Of a DNA stretch of 60,328 bases, positions 45,121 through 56,003 are shown piece by piece; positions within the stretch are counted from its first letter, which is position 1; every line of letters starts with the position of its first letter. Under the pieces are notes generated by a model that was not told where the DNA came from, ran no database searches, and saw nothing but the letters and a program-made list of their open reading frames with translations. Source of the stretch: Streptomyces virus Wollford (Duplodnaviria > Heunggongvirae > Uroviricota > Caudoviricetes); IMG/VR virus record IMGVR_UViG_2974628344_000001, positions 1 through 60,328 of that record; one strand, written 5' to 3'. The position numbers and the translations under genes were made by a program.

Positions 45121-45914
45121 TCACTACTCAAGGCAAGTCAATCATTTTCCGTTACCTGGCCGGGTACATCCCACGCATTGCAGAATCAATTGCAATTGGC
45201 GTGGGTAATAGTGCTGCCTCTGTTAATGACACCGTTCTGAATTTCGAAACGAACAGAGTTCTTATTGCAATCACTTCTGCTGATATTGTCAACGACAAGA
45301 TCGTATTCAAGGGAATTATTCCACAGGAATTTGTTGGAAAGATTCACGAGGTTGGATTGTGGTATGGAAGCCCGGCGCAAAGTGCTGGGGCATCATCCAT
45401 CATTGTAGACTTTGATTCAACTACAGAAGAATGGGATACAGGAACATGGAATACTTCACTGGCAAGAATTGGAACAGATGCATTGCAGCTAGCTGGTGGA
45501 GAAAGCAGCAGTCTTCCTGAGATTGCCCTTGATCTGTCTGGATACTCTGATGCTGACTTTATGTCCCTTGCATATAATGCAGATGCAACAATCACTGGAA
45601 TTACAGTGACTTTCAAGACTGACGATGACAATTACTATAGCTACACCTTTACTCCTTCTTCTGGATACAATGTAAGGAAGTTTGGAAAGACGGCTATGAC
45701 AGCAACAGGAACTCCAAATTGGGAGGACATTACAACAATTACTGTATCAGCAGCGGGAACTGGCAATGCAGTTTTTGACGGCATAAGGGCAGAAGACAAC
45801 GATACAATCAGCAATGATTATGCCCTAGTAGCAAGAACAGTCCTTTCCATCCCAAAGACAAAGACGGATGACAGCGAAATGGACATTGAGTACGCATTGG
45901 AAATCAATATATGA
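45117..45914 (+). CDS. Minor tail protein
   Basis: MITTQGK...IAIGVG...L.FE..R...EVGL. Confidence 0.7.
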   Translation: MITTQGKSIIFRYLAGYIPRIAESIAIGVGNSAASVNDTVLNFETNRVLIAITSADIVNDKIVFKGIIPQEFVGKIHEVGLWYGSPAQSAGASSIIVDFDSTTEEWDTGTWNTSLARIGTDALQLAGGESSSLPEIALDLSGYSDADFMSLAYNADATITGITVTFKTDDDNYYSYTFTPSSGYNVRKFGKTAMTATGTPNWEDITTITVSAAGTGNAVFDGIRAEDNDTISNDYALVARTVLSIPKTKTDDSEMDIEYALEINI

Positions 45915-48900
45915 GAATTCTACTAAGAGACCTTACGCCAGGAACAGAATATAACATTCAGCTTCGTTCTAACGATGGAACGAATGTTTCTGATTGGAGC
46001 AGAGTATTTCCTCTGACCACAGTGTCAGACGTTTTGGCTCCTCAGCCTGTTCAGAATTTGACATGGGTTGTCAACAGAAGTGCATTCTCAGCAAAGTGGG
46101 ATGCGGTTACTCAAAATGAAGACGCATCAGAGCTTCTTGACTTCTCTCATTACATTATCAGAATTCAGACTGGTGCGACATATCAAGACGTAAAGACTAC
46201 AAACACATTCTACGATCTGTCATTCGAAACCAACAAGGCTTTCTTCGGAACGCCTCAGCCAACTTTGAGTGCAACTGTTTATGCAATTGACACAACAGGG
46301 AATTGGTCTGATCCTTCTGCGACTGTAAGTGCCACTAATCCACCACCACCTGATCCAACAGGTGTAGTTGCTGCTGGAATTATGGGCGGCGTTAGTATGC
46401 GTTGGGATGTTCAGCAGATCGATGACCTTGCTGCATATGATGTATACATGAGCACAACAGGATCAGGCTTTACTCCAAATGATTCCAACAGAGTATACAG
46501 CGGAACTGGCAATACATTGGTATATGATTCTAGTTCACTTGGCGTAACGCATTACTTCAAGATCAGATCTCGTGACGTATTCAACAGCATTTCAAATTAC
46601 ATCACTGTGTCTGCCACTCCTCTGTCTCCAGTTGATGTTGATACAGAGGCTCCTGATACTCCAACTGGCCTAACAGCAAGCATGGCCGTCGATACAAATG
46701 ATTCCTCTTTTGCTGCGGCTACAGTTTCATGGACTGCACCAACTGATGACGATCTTGCAGGGTTTACTGTTCGATACAAGCAGAACTCTGCAAGCGGATA
46801 CGACTATGTCGATGTTCCTGCTGGTACCACCTCTGTAGTAATCGGTGGCCTTATTGTCGGTGTTCAATATAACTTCTCTGTACAAGCATACGACAGAAGC
46901 ACAAACAGAAGTGCCTATACAGCGGACGCAAATGCGACGGCGGCAAATGTTGCTCCATCTACTCCTGCTGCGCCAACTGCGGTAGCTAATATTCAGAGCA
47001 TCCAAGTAAGCCACTCCTTGCAGAAGGCAACCTCTGGAAGGCTCGAAGCAGATGTAAGCTACTTTGAAGTTCACCTAGGAACCACCTCTACATTCACTGC
47101 AAGCGACTCCACAATGATTGGACAATTGCAGGTCGAGCCTGGCAGCACATTCGTTTCTGAAATTTTCCCAGCGCCAGCCAGCGATACCGCATTGGCCCGG
47201 TGGGTAAGAGTCATTGCTGTAGACAGAGGTGGACTAAAGTCCTCTGCTTCTGCTGTAGCATCTGTAACGGTAGGTCTAATCAACAATGCCAATATCGCTA
47301 ATGCCACAATTACCAGTGCCAAGATCGCCAACCTTGAAGCCAACAAGATCACTGCTGGTACTGGTATCATTAATGCTCTATTGATCAAGGCAGCACTTAC
47401 TGTAGACACGGCTGGTGTTATTAAGAGTACCAACTATTCCGCCGGATCAGCCGGATATCAGCTATCCAATAACACTCTTGAAATTAATCAGGGTGTCATC
47501 AAGGCTGCTGCATTGCAGTTGCAGGATTCAGCAAACATCATTCTTCCTCAATATGCTGATTTTGAATTCCAGCCAACATGGTATGGAACAACAGCCATTA
47601 CAAAGTCTACCCCATCAGGAACGGCTGATTGGAGTATTGTTACCGCACCAGAAGTTACTCCTAAGTATGGAACTCAGTGTCTAAAGATCACTAGAACTGG
47701 TGCATCCACTGGAGACGATACGGATTTCTGGTTTGGAACAGGATTCTCAGCTTCCTACAATATCCCTGTAGAGCCAAACAACACTTACATTTATTCTGTC
47801 TGGGTATACAATCCATCTGCTTCACCTGCTTCTACTATCCAGTTGAAGACGAGAGGAAATGTCGATGGAACTTTCCGTGTATTCACTACAATGCTTCCTG
47901 TGGCAAATAATGGTGCGTGGACTCGTTATTCAGGTGCCCTTAGCTCTTTGACTAACACCATGATTTCACTTGGTGTTTCTACTGAGACAAATGGAAGCCT
48001 ATACATTGATGGTATTCAGCTAGAAAGACAAATCGCTGGTTCTGATGTTCCTTCTCAGTGGAAGGCACCAAGCACAACCACTATTGATGGTGGAATTATC
48101 CGTACCGGAGAAATTCGTTCAAGCGCTTTGGCGAATGGTCTTTCAGGCCAGCCAGCATGGTCAATTAATATGACCGGTGGTGCCCAGTTTGGTGACGCTC
48201 AGGTCCGTGGACGACTCGTAGTTGGTGATCCATCAAATCCAACCGCTGATGGAACCAATTCACGAATTCATTCTTCCAACTATTCAGCCGGTGTTAGCGG
48301 ATGGATCATTCGTAATGATGGATATGCAGAATTCCGTAATCTAGCTGTAAACTCAATCAAGGTGACGGCCCTTGACTCACCAATGCAGAACAACACTTAT
48401 GCAAAGCTATTTGACTACATGCAGGATGGTAGTCTATGGCTTATCAATGGTGCCGTTTTGCAGAAGACCGATCCTGGTGCATACTCTGCTGAATCACTAT
48501 TTGAATTCACAGGATCAGGACTTGTCCTTCGAAACGCGGTCGGTGTTACCAAGGTCGCTTATGACCCAACAATTCTTTACCGTATCTCAGCACGTATTCG
48601 TGCATATGAAGTTGCAACAATCAACGCCAACTCTGGATTTGAAACAAACCTTTCAGGCTGGTGGAATTATGCAAGTACAACTATCACAAGAGATACTACA
48701 AAGAAGTTCACTGGCGTTGCTTCTATGGCAATGGCTCAGTCTGGAACCTCTGTAGGTGTATATGGAACGGGAACAACTCAGCCTGTTAAGGCAGGAAGAA
48801 CATATACATTCAGCGCTCGTGTTCTTCCAAATACAACTGTATGTCGTGACAATCTAAAGCTGAACATTTCCTGGATGAACTCTGTCGGCACTGAGATCTC

Positions 48901-51900
48901 TGTAACATACAACGACATGGCTCCGCCAACAGATGTGAATGGTAATCCAATTCCAATTGATGGAACTACCTGGATTCAATTCTCTGCAACTGGTACTGCT
49001 CCAGTTGGTGCGACTCAGGCAAACTTTGAATTGCAGACTGGCACAGCAGGAGTTGCAACTGCTGGAATTCTTGGATGGTTTGATGATGTAATGATCACAA
49101 CTCCACCAAGGGTAAAGGTTGGTCTATTTGGATTTGATAACGCCAATAACATCATCGACTGGGATTATGTTGATGATGCGACAACTCCTACAAAGAAGCA
49201 CGCGATGCCAACCAACTATGCAGATCTTTCTGGACTTTCAGGAAATCAGTACATGATGGTTGCAAACGATCAAGAAGTACAGATTGCAACTGGTGGATCA
49301 GGAACAACCGCCGACTGGATCACTGTAACTGGATATGTACGTGGTCGAGGAGGCTCCGGTGTTAATGGTGTCTTCGGTTCTCAGGGAGAAGCAACAGATC
49401 CATATAATCCAGCTTCACTTAATCAGTCAGTCCGTTACCTTGTTCCTTATGTAGAATGGGATATTGCAACCGGATCAAAGGCTCAGCTTGACCAGTTCTC
49501 CATTGAAGCATATGAAAATGGTGCTCCTACAAAGGTTGCCACAAAGGATGTATCTGGAGAAAAGGCGGTGGCGATTGAGAACATCCAGGGTAATGTCTTT
49601 GACCACGCTATTAGATTCTACACAGGAGATGCAGATGAGATCAATCCTGGTCTAATTGGTCATGTAATGGACGGTGAAATGAATGATTCAGCGCACCTGC
49701 ACATCTCACCTCCAACGATCAATGCTAATTCAGACTATGGAAACGTCTACATCGGTATTTGGGACAGAAATCCAAATTACATCTATGACGCAACGTTTGA
49801 AGATGGAATTACTGGATGGACCGGAATGGCAAATACAACTGTTACTCATGAAACAACAGTTGGCCGTGAAGACCTGAACAGTTTGAAGATCACTGCAACA
49901 GGAACGATTGCTAATCCTGCAACCACTGAGCTACTTGGTAAGTACACCGTCTCAACCTTGATCAATCAGGAATTGATCGGACAGAAGGTTGTTGTATCAG
50001 GATATGCAATGATGGGAACTGCAACGGGAAGAAATGTCCGACTGGTGGTCAAATTCCTTGATGAGGCTGGTGCAATGATTAACGGTTATTTCATCGCCAA
50101 GGATATCACCAATGCAGGATGGACTAATTACGCATTCATCTCTCCAGTAGCTATTCCTGATACTTGTTACAGTGTTGAATTTAGCTTCTCATGGTTCAAT
50201 GGGGCCACTGGGGACATTGTACTAATTGACGATGTACAACTTGAGGCTGCTGAAAAAACAGAATTCCGTACGGCCTCTGCAAGCCGTATTGAGCTGCAAT
50301 CTGATGTAGTCCGAAGTGCTCCTATCGTTGTAAGCAACTCTGAACTAGCTCTCCCTCCACAAGTAATAGGCTCAACAGGCCGTGCCGATGTTCCTGGCTT
50401 TCCTGGAGTTATTGCTCAGTCAGAAGGTGGAACGGCAGCATTCAGAATTGTTAACTACACAGACTCAAACGGCAACCGATCTTCAACTCAGCTAACAAAC
50501 TTCTCCCCAAATGGAACAGAAGAAATCGGATTCAGACTTTATGGACTAAACGATGGTGCGTATGCTGGTCGTTGGGTTCTTACCAATTCAACTGGTCAGT
50601 TTGCCATGTCTCTATATGCCGAGGCTGGTGAAGAAATTGAAACAGCAAAGAATGTAAGAGTTTACGGCCATCTTGACGTTGATGGAGCCCCACCTTGGGT
50701 CGCCCCAACTTTGTCATCTGGATCTCAGGCTGGTGGAACGTATGATGTTTCTTACTACTTGAATAATGAAACTGTATTCCTAAGAGGAGTTATTCAGTCA
50801 TATGCAGCAAGAACAACACTATTCACTCTTCCTTCTAGTTGTAGACCAGTAACACCCGTCTGGATTCCAACAACAACATGGGATACTGCTGCTTCTACCA
50901 GCGTATCTCCCGCAACAATTCGAGTCAACACAGATGGTACAGTTCAGGCGTTTCAAGTGGCCACTGTGAGAACATACATCACTTTGGATGGATTGTCATT
51001 TTCAGTTGCTCCAGAGGCTACAGCCCCACCTTCAACTGGAGATACAACGGCTCCAGGAACTCCTTCAAACGTAAAGGTGTCTCCTTACTCATCTGGTACT
51101 TCAACTGGAACATATAGGTTGACATGGACCAATCCATCTGCTAGCGATACTGCTGGTGTCAAGATTATCTGGAGATCAGATCGTTACCCAACAGTAACAA
51201 TTGCTGGCTCTGGTACAAAGACACTGACAACTGATGGAAAGATCATCACTGTTACAGGAACTCCTTCTCAGGCAAAGACCTATGATCATTCTGGACTACC
51301 TGTAAACAAGACGATCTACTACAGAATTGTTTCCTACGACAAGAGCGGTAACCACTCAGGTTATATCTCTGCAAGTAGATACCTGCTATCATCTCCTGTT
51401 ACTGTTACTGCTAACTCCTCTGATTCCTACCGTCTTGGATATGGAGGAATGTGGAGGAACGACGGTGACGAAGTTTATCAGGGTGACTGGTCAGGTAATG
51501 ATAACCACAGAGGAATTTATCTATACGGCACAAAGATCTACGATGCTCTAAACAAGGGCGGCGTTGTAAGAACTCCTACAAAGGCAACTATCTATCTCAA
51601 GAGACTGAGCACTTCTCATGGTAACAACGCTGGAGTAGGCATTAACCTTAGAAGTCACATCTATCAGACAAAGCCGTCTGGAGATCCAATTGGAGGAATG
51701 TCCAATGAAGGATCTGATGGAGATGATGTTGTATACCTATCAAGAGGAGAGGCAGCAACAGTTACTATTCCTTCAAGCTGGTACAACAATATGGTAGATT
51801 CCAACAGCGCCAATCGTATTGAAGGCTTTGGTGTTTATGGAAGTTCTACAGGAGACTATGCAGTAATGTATGGTGTCAGTTCTGGATCTTCCTACGGAAA

Positions 51901-51925
51901 GATCACTCTGTATCACAAGGGATGA
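45911..51925 (+). CDS. Large tail fibre/host-specificity protein with FN3-like and carbohydrate-binding-like domains, 2004 aa
   Basis: Repeated P..PTGL..SW....D..L..Y FN3 patterns; NSGFETNLSGW and FEDGITGW CBM4/9-like starts. Confidence 0.82.
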   Translation: MRILLRDLTPGTEYNIQLRSNDGTNVSDWSRVFPLTTVSDVLAPQPVQNLTWVVNRSAFSAKWDAVTQNEDASELLDFSHYIIRIQTGATYQDVKTTNTFYDLSFETNKAFFGTPQPTLSATVYAIDTTGNWSDPSATVSATNPPPPDPTGVVAAGIMGGVSMRWDVQQIDDLAAYDVYMSTTGSGFTPNDSNRVYSGTGNTLVYDSSSLGVTHYFKIRSRDVFNSISNYITVSATPLSPVDVDTEAPDTPTGLTASMAVDTNDSSFAAATVSWTAPTDDDLAGFTVRYKQNSASGYDYVDVPAGTTSVVIGGLIVGVQYNFSVQAYDRSTNRSAYTADANATAANVAPSTPAAPTAVANIQSIQVSHSLQKATSGRLEADVSYFEVHLGTTSTFTASDSTMIGQLQVEPGSTFVSEIFPAPASDTALARWVRVIAVDRGGLKSSASAVASVTVGLINNANIANATITSAKIANLEANKITAGTGIINALLIKAALTVDTAGVIKSTNYSAGSAGYQLSNNTLEINQGVIKAAALQLQDSANIILPQYADFEFQPTWYGTTAITKSTPSGTADWSIVTAPEVTPKYGTQCLKITRTGASTGDDTDFWFGTGFSASYNIPVEPNNTYIYSVWVYNPSASPASTIQLKTRGNVDGTFRVFTTMLPVANNGAWTRYSGALSSLTNTMISLGVSTETNGSLYIDGIQLERQIAGSDVPSQWKAPSTTTIDGGIIRTGEIRSSALANGLSGQPAWSINMTGGAQFGDAQVRGRLVVGDPSNPTADGTNSRIHSSNYSAGVSGWIIRNDGYAEFRNLAVNSIKVTALDSPMQNNTYAKLFDYMQDGSLWLINGAVLQKTDPGAYSAESLFEFTGSGLVLRNAVGVTKVAYDPTILYRISARIRAYEVATINANSGFETNLSGWWNYASTTITRDTTKKFTGVASMAMAQSGTSVGVYGTGTTQPVKAGRTYTFSARVLPNTTVCRDNLKLNISWMNSVGTEISVTYNDMAPPTDVNGNPIPIDGTTWIQFSATGTAPVGATQANFELQTGTAGVATAGILGWFDDVMITTPPRVKVGLFGFDNANNIIDWDYVDDATTPTKKHAMPTNYADLSGLSGNQYMMVANDQEVQIATGGSGTTADWITVTGYVRGRGGSGVNGVFGSQGEATDPYNPASLNQSVRYLVPYVEWDIATGSKAQLDQFSIEAYENGAPTKVATKDVSGEKAVAIENIQGNVFDHAIRFYTGDADEINPGLIGHVMDGEMNDSAHLHISPPTINANSDYGNVYIGIWDRNPNYIYDATFEDGITGWTGMANTTVTHETTVGREDLNSLKITATGTIANPATTELLGKYTVSTLINQELIGQKVVVSGYAMMGTATGRNVRLVVKFLDEAGAMINGYFIAKDITNAGWTNYAFISPVAIPDTCYSVEFSFSWFNGATGDIVLIDDVQLEAAEKTEFRTASASRIELQSDVVRSAPIVVSNSELALPPQVIGSTGRADVPGFPGVIAQSEGGTAAFRIVNYTDSNGNRSSTQLTNFSPNGTEEIGFRLYGLNDGAYAGRWVLTNSTGQFAMSLYAEAGEEIETAKNVRVYGHLDVDGAPPWVAPTLSSGSQAGGTYDVSYYLNNETVFLRGVIQSYAARTTLFTLPSSCRPVTPVWIPTTTWDTAASTSVSPATIRVNTDGTVQAFQVATVRTYITLDGLSFSVAPEATAPPSTGDTTAPGTPSNVKVSPYSSGTSTGTYRLTWTNPSASDTAGVKIIWRSDRYPTVTIAGSGTKTLTTDGKIITVTGTPSQAKTYDHSGLPVNKTIYYRIVSYDKSGNHSGYISASRYLLSSPVTVTANSSDSYRLGYGGMWRNDGDEVYQGDWSGNDNHRGIYLYGTKIYDALNKGGVVRTPTKATIYLKRLSTSHGNNAGVGINLRSHIYQTKPSGDPIGGMSNEGSDGDDVVYLSRGEAATVTIPSSWYNNMVDSNSANRIEGFGVYGSSTGDYAVMYGVSSGSSYGKITLYHKG

Positions 51926-51999
51926 TCTCTGCTTGACAGCCTTGCAGACTTGGGTTACAGTAATTATACTTGGAAAAGAAAGAGAGAAATAATAAATTG

Positions 52000-52203
52000 A
52001 TGAATAAGGAAACTCTAAAGTTTCTAGCTATTAAGGAAAGAATAGCTCAACTTACTGCTGACTACGAAGAGAAGATCGCAGACCTTCGAGCTGACTTTAC
52101 CCTTGCCGTTCAGGATATGAATGAAGAAAGGGACAGTCTCCGGAAAGAGAATGGCGAGCTAAAGGCCAAGATTGATGAATTGGTTCAGAAGGAAGAAGGC
52201 TAA
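52000..52203 (+). CDS. Coiled-coil hypothetical protein
   Basis: ORF after promoter(s) at 51933-51970. Confidence 0.65.
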   Translation: MNKETLKFLAIKERIAQLTADYEEKIADLRADFTLAVQDMNEERDSLRKENGELKAKIDELVQKEEG

Positions 52204-52621
52204 GCCTCAAGTTGCCCCAACAGTACCCGTAGATTATCCTACGGGTACTTGTGTTCAGACTGAGAATGGTCTATTCTACATTAAGGGCAAGTTCAGATAT
52301 CGCATCACCAGCATGCGCATTCTCGATAGCTGGGATTTTCCGTATATCTTGAAGTCAAGTGAGTCCGCCTTGGCCCGGTGCAAAATTGGTGGTAAGCTAG
52401 GATTCAGACAAGGAACTTTGGTTAAGGATATATCTAGTGATAGAATGTATCTGATATCAGAGAATCTTAGAAGGCAAATCACTTCTCCAGACTTCTTTGA
52501 TATTATGCTGTTCCCAAGAGATAACATGATTGAAGTATCTCCAGAGGAATTGGCTCTACACAAGGAAGGAGAGAAGATCACTTGGCAACTACCCCCTACA
52601 AGCCTACAAGCTGGTCAATAG
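52172..52621 (+). CDS. Hypothetical protein
   Basis: ORF track. Confidence 0.7.
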   Translation: MMNWFRRKKAKPQVAPTVPVDYPTGTCVQTENGLFYIKGKFRYRITSMRILDSWDFPYILKSSESALARCKIGGKLGFRQGTLVKDISSDRMYLISENLRRQITSPDFFDIMLFPRDNMIEVSPEELALHKEGEKITWQLPPTSLQAGQ

Positions 52622-53022
52622 GCGAGCAGATCACGCGTGATAAGCTAAACCAGATGTGCAACAATGATCAGTACATCTTTGAGAACCAGCCTACTGCGTT
52701 CTACAATGGTCATGGAATCAAGAAGACCTCTGGTCTCAAGATCATGGGAGGCTATGTTTACATTAAGGGTGGAAAGGGTCGTCACTATGAGAAGGAAGTA
52801 TATTTTGGTAACTTCTTCTCAGTTGGCTGCAAGCCAATCATTGTGACAAGCCAGGTTATTCAGAAGCAGTCACGAGTGCATTGCATTATTCGTGGAGTTC
52901 GAGGAGAATACTGGCCAGATCACAGAGGCTTTACCGCTGTAGTCGATGCTGACGAACTTACCGCTAAGAATAACTATTTCCATTACGGTGTCAACGTGCA
53001 CTACCTTGCTCTTGGATACTGA
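52582..53022 (+). CDS. Hypothetical (possible tail-fibre-associated) protein
   Basis: TTG start with AAGGAGG. Confidence 0.65.
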   Translation: MATTPYKPTSWSIGEQITRDKLNQMCNNDQYIFENQPTAFYNGHGIKKTSGLKIMGGYVYIKGGKGRHYEKEVYFGNFFSVGCKPIIVTSQVIQKQSRVHCIIRGVRGEYWPDHRGFTAVVDADELTAKNNYFHYGVNVHYLALGY

Positions 53023-53306
53023 TGTACGTACCTATCAGAAATTGGCATAACAGAAAGAAGATGCTATCCAATGATGGGTACGTACTTGTTTGGGCCCCTG
53101 AACATCCGAAGCACTTTAATGGTGGATGGTACTATGAACATCGAATGGTGTTTGAAGCCCGGCTCAAGAGGATCTTAAAGCATACTGAAACAGTTCATCA
53201 CATTGGAGTAAAGACAGACAACACATGGAAGAACCTGTTTCTGTGTACATGGGATGAGCACAACAGATTGAATCGATCAGAACACTGCGCCTTGACAAGG
53301 CGTTAG
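53022..53306 (+). CDS. HNH endonuclease-like protein
   Basis: GYVLV..PEHP...EHRMV....L.R.L...E.VHH...K.DN...NL. Confidence 0.8.
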   Translation: MYVPIRNWHNRKKMLSNDGYVLVWAPEHPKHFNGGWYYEHRMVFEARLKRILKHTETVHHIGVKTDNTWKNLFLCTWDEHNRLNRSEHCALTRR

Positions 53307-53320
53307 CACTCTGTTAGAGT
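53292..53320 (+). promoter_or_regulatory. sigma70-type promoter
   Basis: TTGACA-17-TAGAGT. Confidence 0.75.
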
Positions 53321-53346
53321 TGATCGAAACAACGAAAGGAACAAAC

Positions 53347-54108
53347 ATGTCCAAAGACATGACATGGCTGTTTGCTTCTGACATTCATTTTCCTCACCAT
53401 GATCAGCGTATGGTGTCTCTATGGTTTGATGTGCTAAAGTATCTCAAGCCTGGCGCTATTGATCTTCCTGGTGATATTGATGATGCAGAAGAAACGAGCC
53501 GGTGGGTAGAAGGCACGACCAAAGAAGGTTTCAGCCTAAACTATCCAGGCATCCAGCTCACAAGGGCATTCCTTGCAGACATTCATGAACTCGCTCCAAA
53601 GGCTGACAAGCATTTCCACGATGGAAATCACGGCTGGTATCGTCACGTAAAGTGGCTTGACAAGAATGCTCCATATACTGTTACTGATGGAGTATACAGC
53701 CCAGAGGTTCTTTACGAGTATCAGAAGTCTGGCTTCGAATGGCACAACTATGGTGATCAGGCTGTTCATCGTTATGGTGATATTTATGTGCATCATGGTG
53801 AAAGCATTTCAAAGCACGCTGGTGAATCTGTTCGAAATGATGTAGAGGCATGGGGCGTTTCTCTAGTTCGTGGTCATTCACATCGAATGGGTGTGTATAA
53901 TCGAACATTCGATCTTACAGGAGAAACCCGGCGGGGATTTGAAATTGGTCATATGTGCGACGTAAAGCAAATGGATTATGACCGAACAAGGAACTGGCAG
54001 CCTGGCTTTGCATATGGAGTAGTCAGTTCAACTGGTGAAGTATTCATCAGTCTTGCACCTATCATCAATTACACATGTGTAATTGGCACTAAGGTATTCC
54101 AAGGTTGA
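53347..54108 (+). CDS. Calcineurin-like metallophosphoesterase
   Basis: SDIH, GD, GNH, HHG, GHSH motifs. Confidence 0.88.
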   Translation: MSKDMTWLFASDIHFPHHDQRMVSLWFDVLKYLKPGAIDLPGDIDDAEETSRWVEGTTKEGFSLNYPGIQLTRAFLADIHELAPKADKHFHDGNHGWYRHVKWLDKNAPYTVTDGVYSPEVLYEYQKSGFEWHNYGDQAVHRYGDIYVHHGESISKHAGESVRNDVEAWGVSLVRGHSHRMGVYNRTFDLTGETRRGFEIGHMCDVKQMDYDRTRNWQPGFAYGVVSSTGEVFISLAPIINYTCVIGTKVFQG

Positions 54109-54158
54109 CATAAAGTCTCCCATGCTATAATGAAAGAAAAAGCAAGGGAGGTTAAATC

Positions 54159-54410
54159 TTGAAGACAAGCAAGTTCTGGAAGGATTCATTTGAGCGTGCA
54201 GTAAAGACCTTTGCTCAGTCCGCAGTTGCCATTATGGCAGTATCCACATCTCTATTTGATGTAAGTTGGATGCAGGCTGCTGGTACTGCGGGTCTAGCTG
54301 CTCTAGTTTCATTGCTAACTTCTATCGGTTCTGCTGGTGTGGGTAGCTCTGAAAGCGCGTCCCTTGTTGTTGATACTAAGGACAAGGGAACATCAATTGA
54401 ACCATTCTAA
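54159..54410 (+). CDS. Holin (r1t-like)
   Basis: FWKDSFERAVKTFAQ...W..A.G.A.LAALVSLLTSI. Confidence 0.85.
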   Translation: MKTSKFWKDSFERAVKTFAQSAVAIMAVSTSLFDVSWMQAAGTAGLAALVSLLTSIGSAGVGSSESASLVVDTKDKGTSIEPF

Positions 54411-54576
54411 GTGTGGTGGCAGAGTATTCATTGATCGTGTATTCTCCGAGAAGAATCACCTAGAGCTAGCATGTATTGAATGCGGTGCTCGATGGATGCT
54501 TGATAAGACCAAGAATAAGCTTGCGGCATGGCTGATCGCTAGAGAGAAGAACTACTCTACTCAGTTTGCCCGGTGA
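54397..54576 (+). CDS. Small zinc-ribbon protein
   Basis: KCGGRVF...CIECGARW; TTG start with AAGGG. Confidence 0.6.
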   Translation: MNHSKCGGRVFIDRVFSEKNHLELACIECGARWMLDKTKNKLAAWLIAREKNYSTQFAR

Positions 54577-54615
54577 GAGTGAAGGATGCTATACTCTACA
54601 TAGCATATCCCCTGC

Positions 54616-55173
54616 GTGGAATGCGCAGGGGATTTTACATTGGAGGAAACATTGGGAGAAAAGCCAAAGAGTAGGAAGGGAAAGAAGAATCCCGACTTGT
54701 ATTTCTTTCTCAATGGTCAGGCTCATAAGAAACTCCAAGTCAATCATGCAGCAGATATTCTAGTTGCATGGAACTACGAAGAAGCAAAGCGTGTAGCTTA
54801 CGTTCTTTCTGTAGCAAGAAAGAATATGGAAAAGGCGTTCTTTACTGCCCAAGTTGAGAAGATGGTTGGAAGAACTAGAATGTCTATGATCAATTACATC
54901 AAGAATGGATTGATCAAGAGACCGTATCTGACATACTCACTTGACGGGCAGGGCAAGGCTGGTCTATATTTGTGGACTCAGCAAGATGTACTTGACTTGC
55001 ACGAGATGATGCTGAATCATGGACCAGGCAGGCCAAGGAACGACGGACAACCAGTTCGTACAAACTTGCCATCAAGAGCAGAACTTCTAGCAATGATGCG
55101 CAATGAAGTAGTTCTGTACACAAAGACCCGTGACGGCGAATTTACGCCCGTGTGGCAGGCAAAAGATTGGTAA
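54616..55173 (+). CDS. Putative HTH DNA-binding protein
   Basis: TAQVEKMVGRTRMSMINYIKNGLI is MerR-like; start uncertain. Confidence 0.55.
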   Translation: MECAGDFTLEETLGEKPKSRKGKKNPDLYFFLNGQAHKKLQVNHAADILVAWNYEEAKRVAYVLSVARKNMEKAFFTAQVEKMVGRTRMSMINYIKNGLIKRPYLTYSLDGQGKAGLYLWTQQDVLDLHEMMLNHGPGRPRNDGQPVRTNLPSRAELLAMMRNEVVLYTKTRDGEFTPVWQAKDW

Positions 55174-55175
55174 TA

Positions 55176-55466
55176 ATGGCAACTACTAAGGCCAAGTACA
55201 CACCTTTTGGTGACAGAGTAAATCCCGGTGTAGCGATCATCCAGGCTGCGAACGCACTTGACGTAGCGGCTGCGTTTGCTGTAGAGTCTAGAGACTCAGA
55301 GGCACTGCTTAAGGTCGCAGCGATGTGGGTTGATATCAGCGGGCGACTAGTGTACGATGATGATGAAGAGGGCGACGACGTGCTAGAAGGTGATCGTCGT
55401 CCATTTGGATTTTCAACGACGAGCGACATTGGGGAGGAGGGCGAAGAGTATGAGCGAGAAGAATGA
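55176..55466 (+). CDS. Hypothetical protein
   Basis: ORF; acidic C-terminus. Confidence 0.7.
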   Translation: MATTKAKYTPFGDRVNPGVAIIQAANALDVAAAFAVESRDSEALLKVAAMWVDISGRLVYDDDEEGDDVLEGDRRPFGFSTTSDIGEEGEEYEREE

Positions 55467-55659
55467 ACGAGTTCAGTGGGGAATCAATTACAAGCACAAC
55501 CTTGGTAACTTCGAAAATGTAGATATCACGGCCGGTGTTGAATGTGATGTGCTTCCAGGTGAGTCTATCCAAGATGCCCTAGAGAGAGTATCTGGAGAAG
55601 TTCTGGAAAGCTTCTTTGGAAAGCTACCACAGATTACTGAGGCACTGGAGGACCAGTGA
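55450..55659 (+). CDS. Hypothetical protein
   Basis: Start moved to MSEKNE. Confidence 0.7.
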   Translation: MSEKNERVQWGINYKHNLGNFENVDITAGVECDVLPGESIQDALERVSGEVLESFFGKLPQITEALEDQ

Positions 55660-56003
55660 ACCAAAGGCAGCAGGCTCACGCACTCATTTCACTCTACAAG
55701 AAGCTGTATAAGGAGCGATATGGTATTGATTCATCTGTAAACTCCTATTCAGCGCAGTGGGGTTTTATGACTGCAATGAACGATCTAAAGTATCCGGTGC
55801 TGAGGGAAGTCCTTGAATACTACTTCACTTGTGATGCAAATGGTCACAATATAGACACCTTCTTTCACCGATACATGGAACTGAACAAGATGCGTCTTGA
55901 TCTGATTAAGGACGCAGAGAAGCGCAAGGAAATCATGCGCGAAACCGCAGAGCGAGTTCGAAGGATGGAGGAACGTGCCAACAACAGCGGAGAAGTTAAT
56001 TAA
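55656..56003 (+). CDS. Hypothetical protein upstream of the helicase (possible loader)
   Basis: Coupled ORF; function inferred from position only. Confidence 0.65.
   Translation: MNQRQQAHALISLYKKLYKERYGIDSSVNSYSAQWGFMTAMNDLKYPVLREVLEYYFTCDANGHNIDTFFHRYMELNKMRLDLIKDAEKRKEIMRETAERVRRMEERANNSGEVN

Noticed and set aside
45911-51925. Diversity-generating retroelement or invertible tail-fibre system
   Set aside because: No reverse transcriptase or invertase, and no template/variable repeat pair noticed in the window
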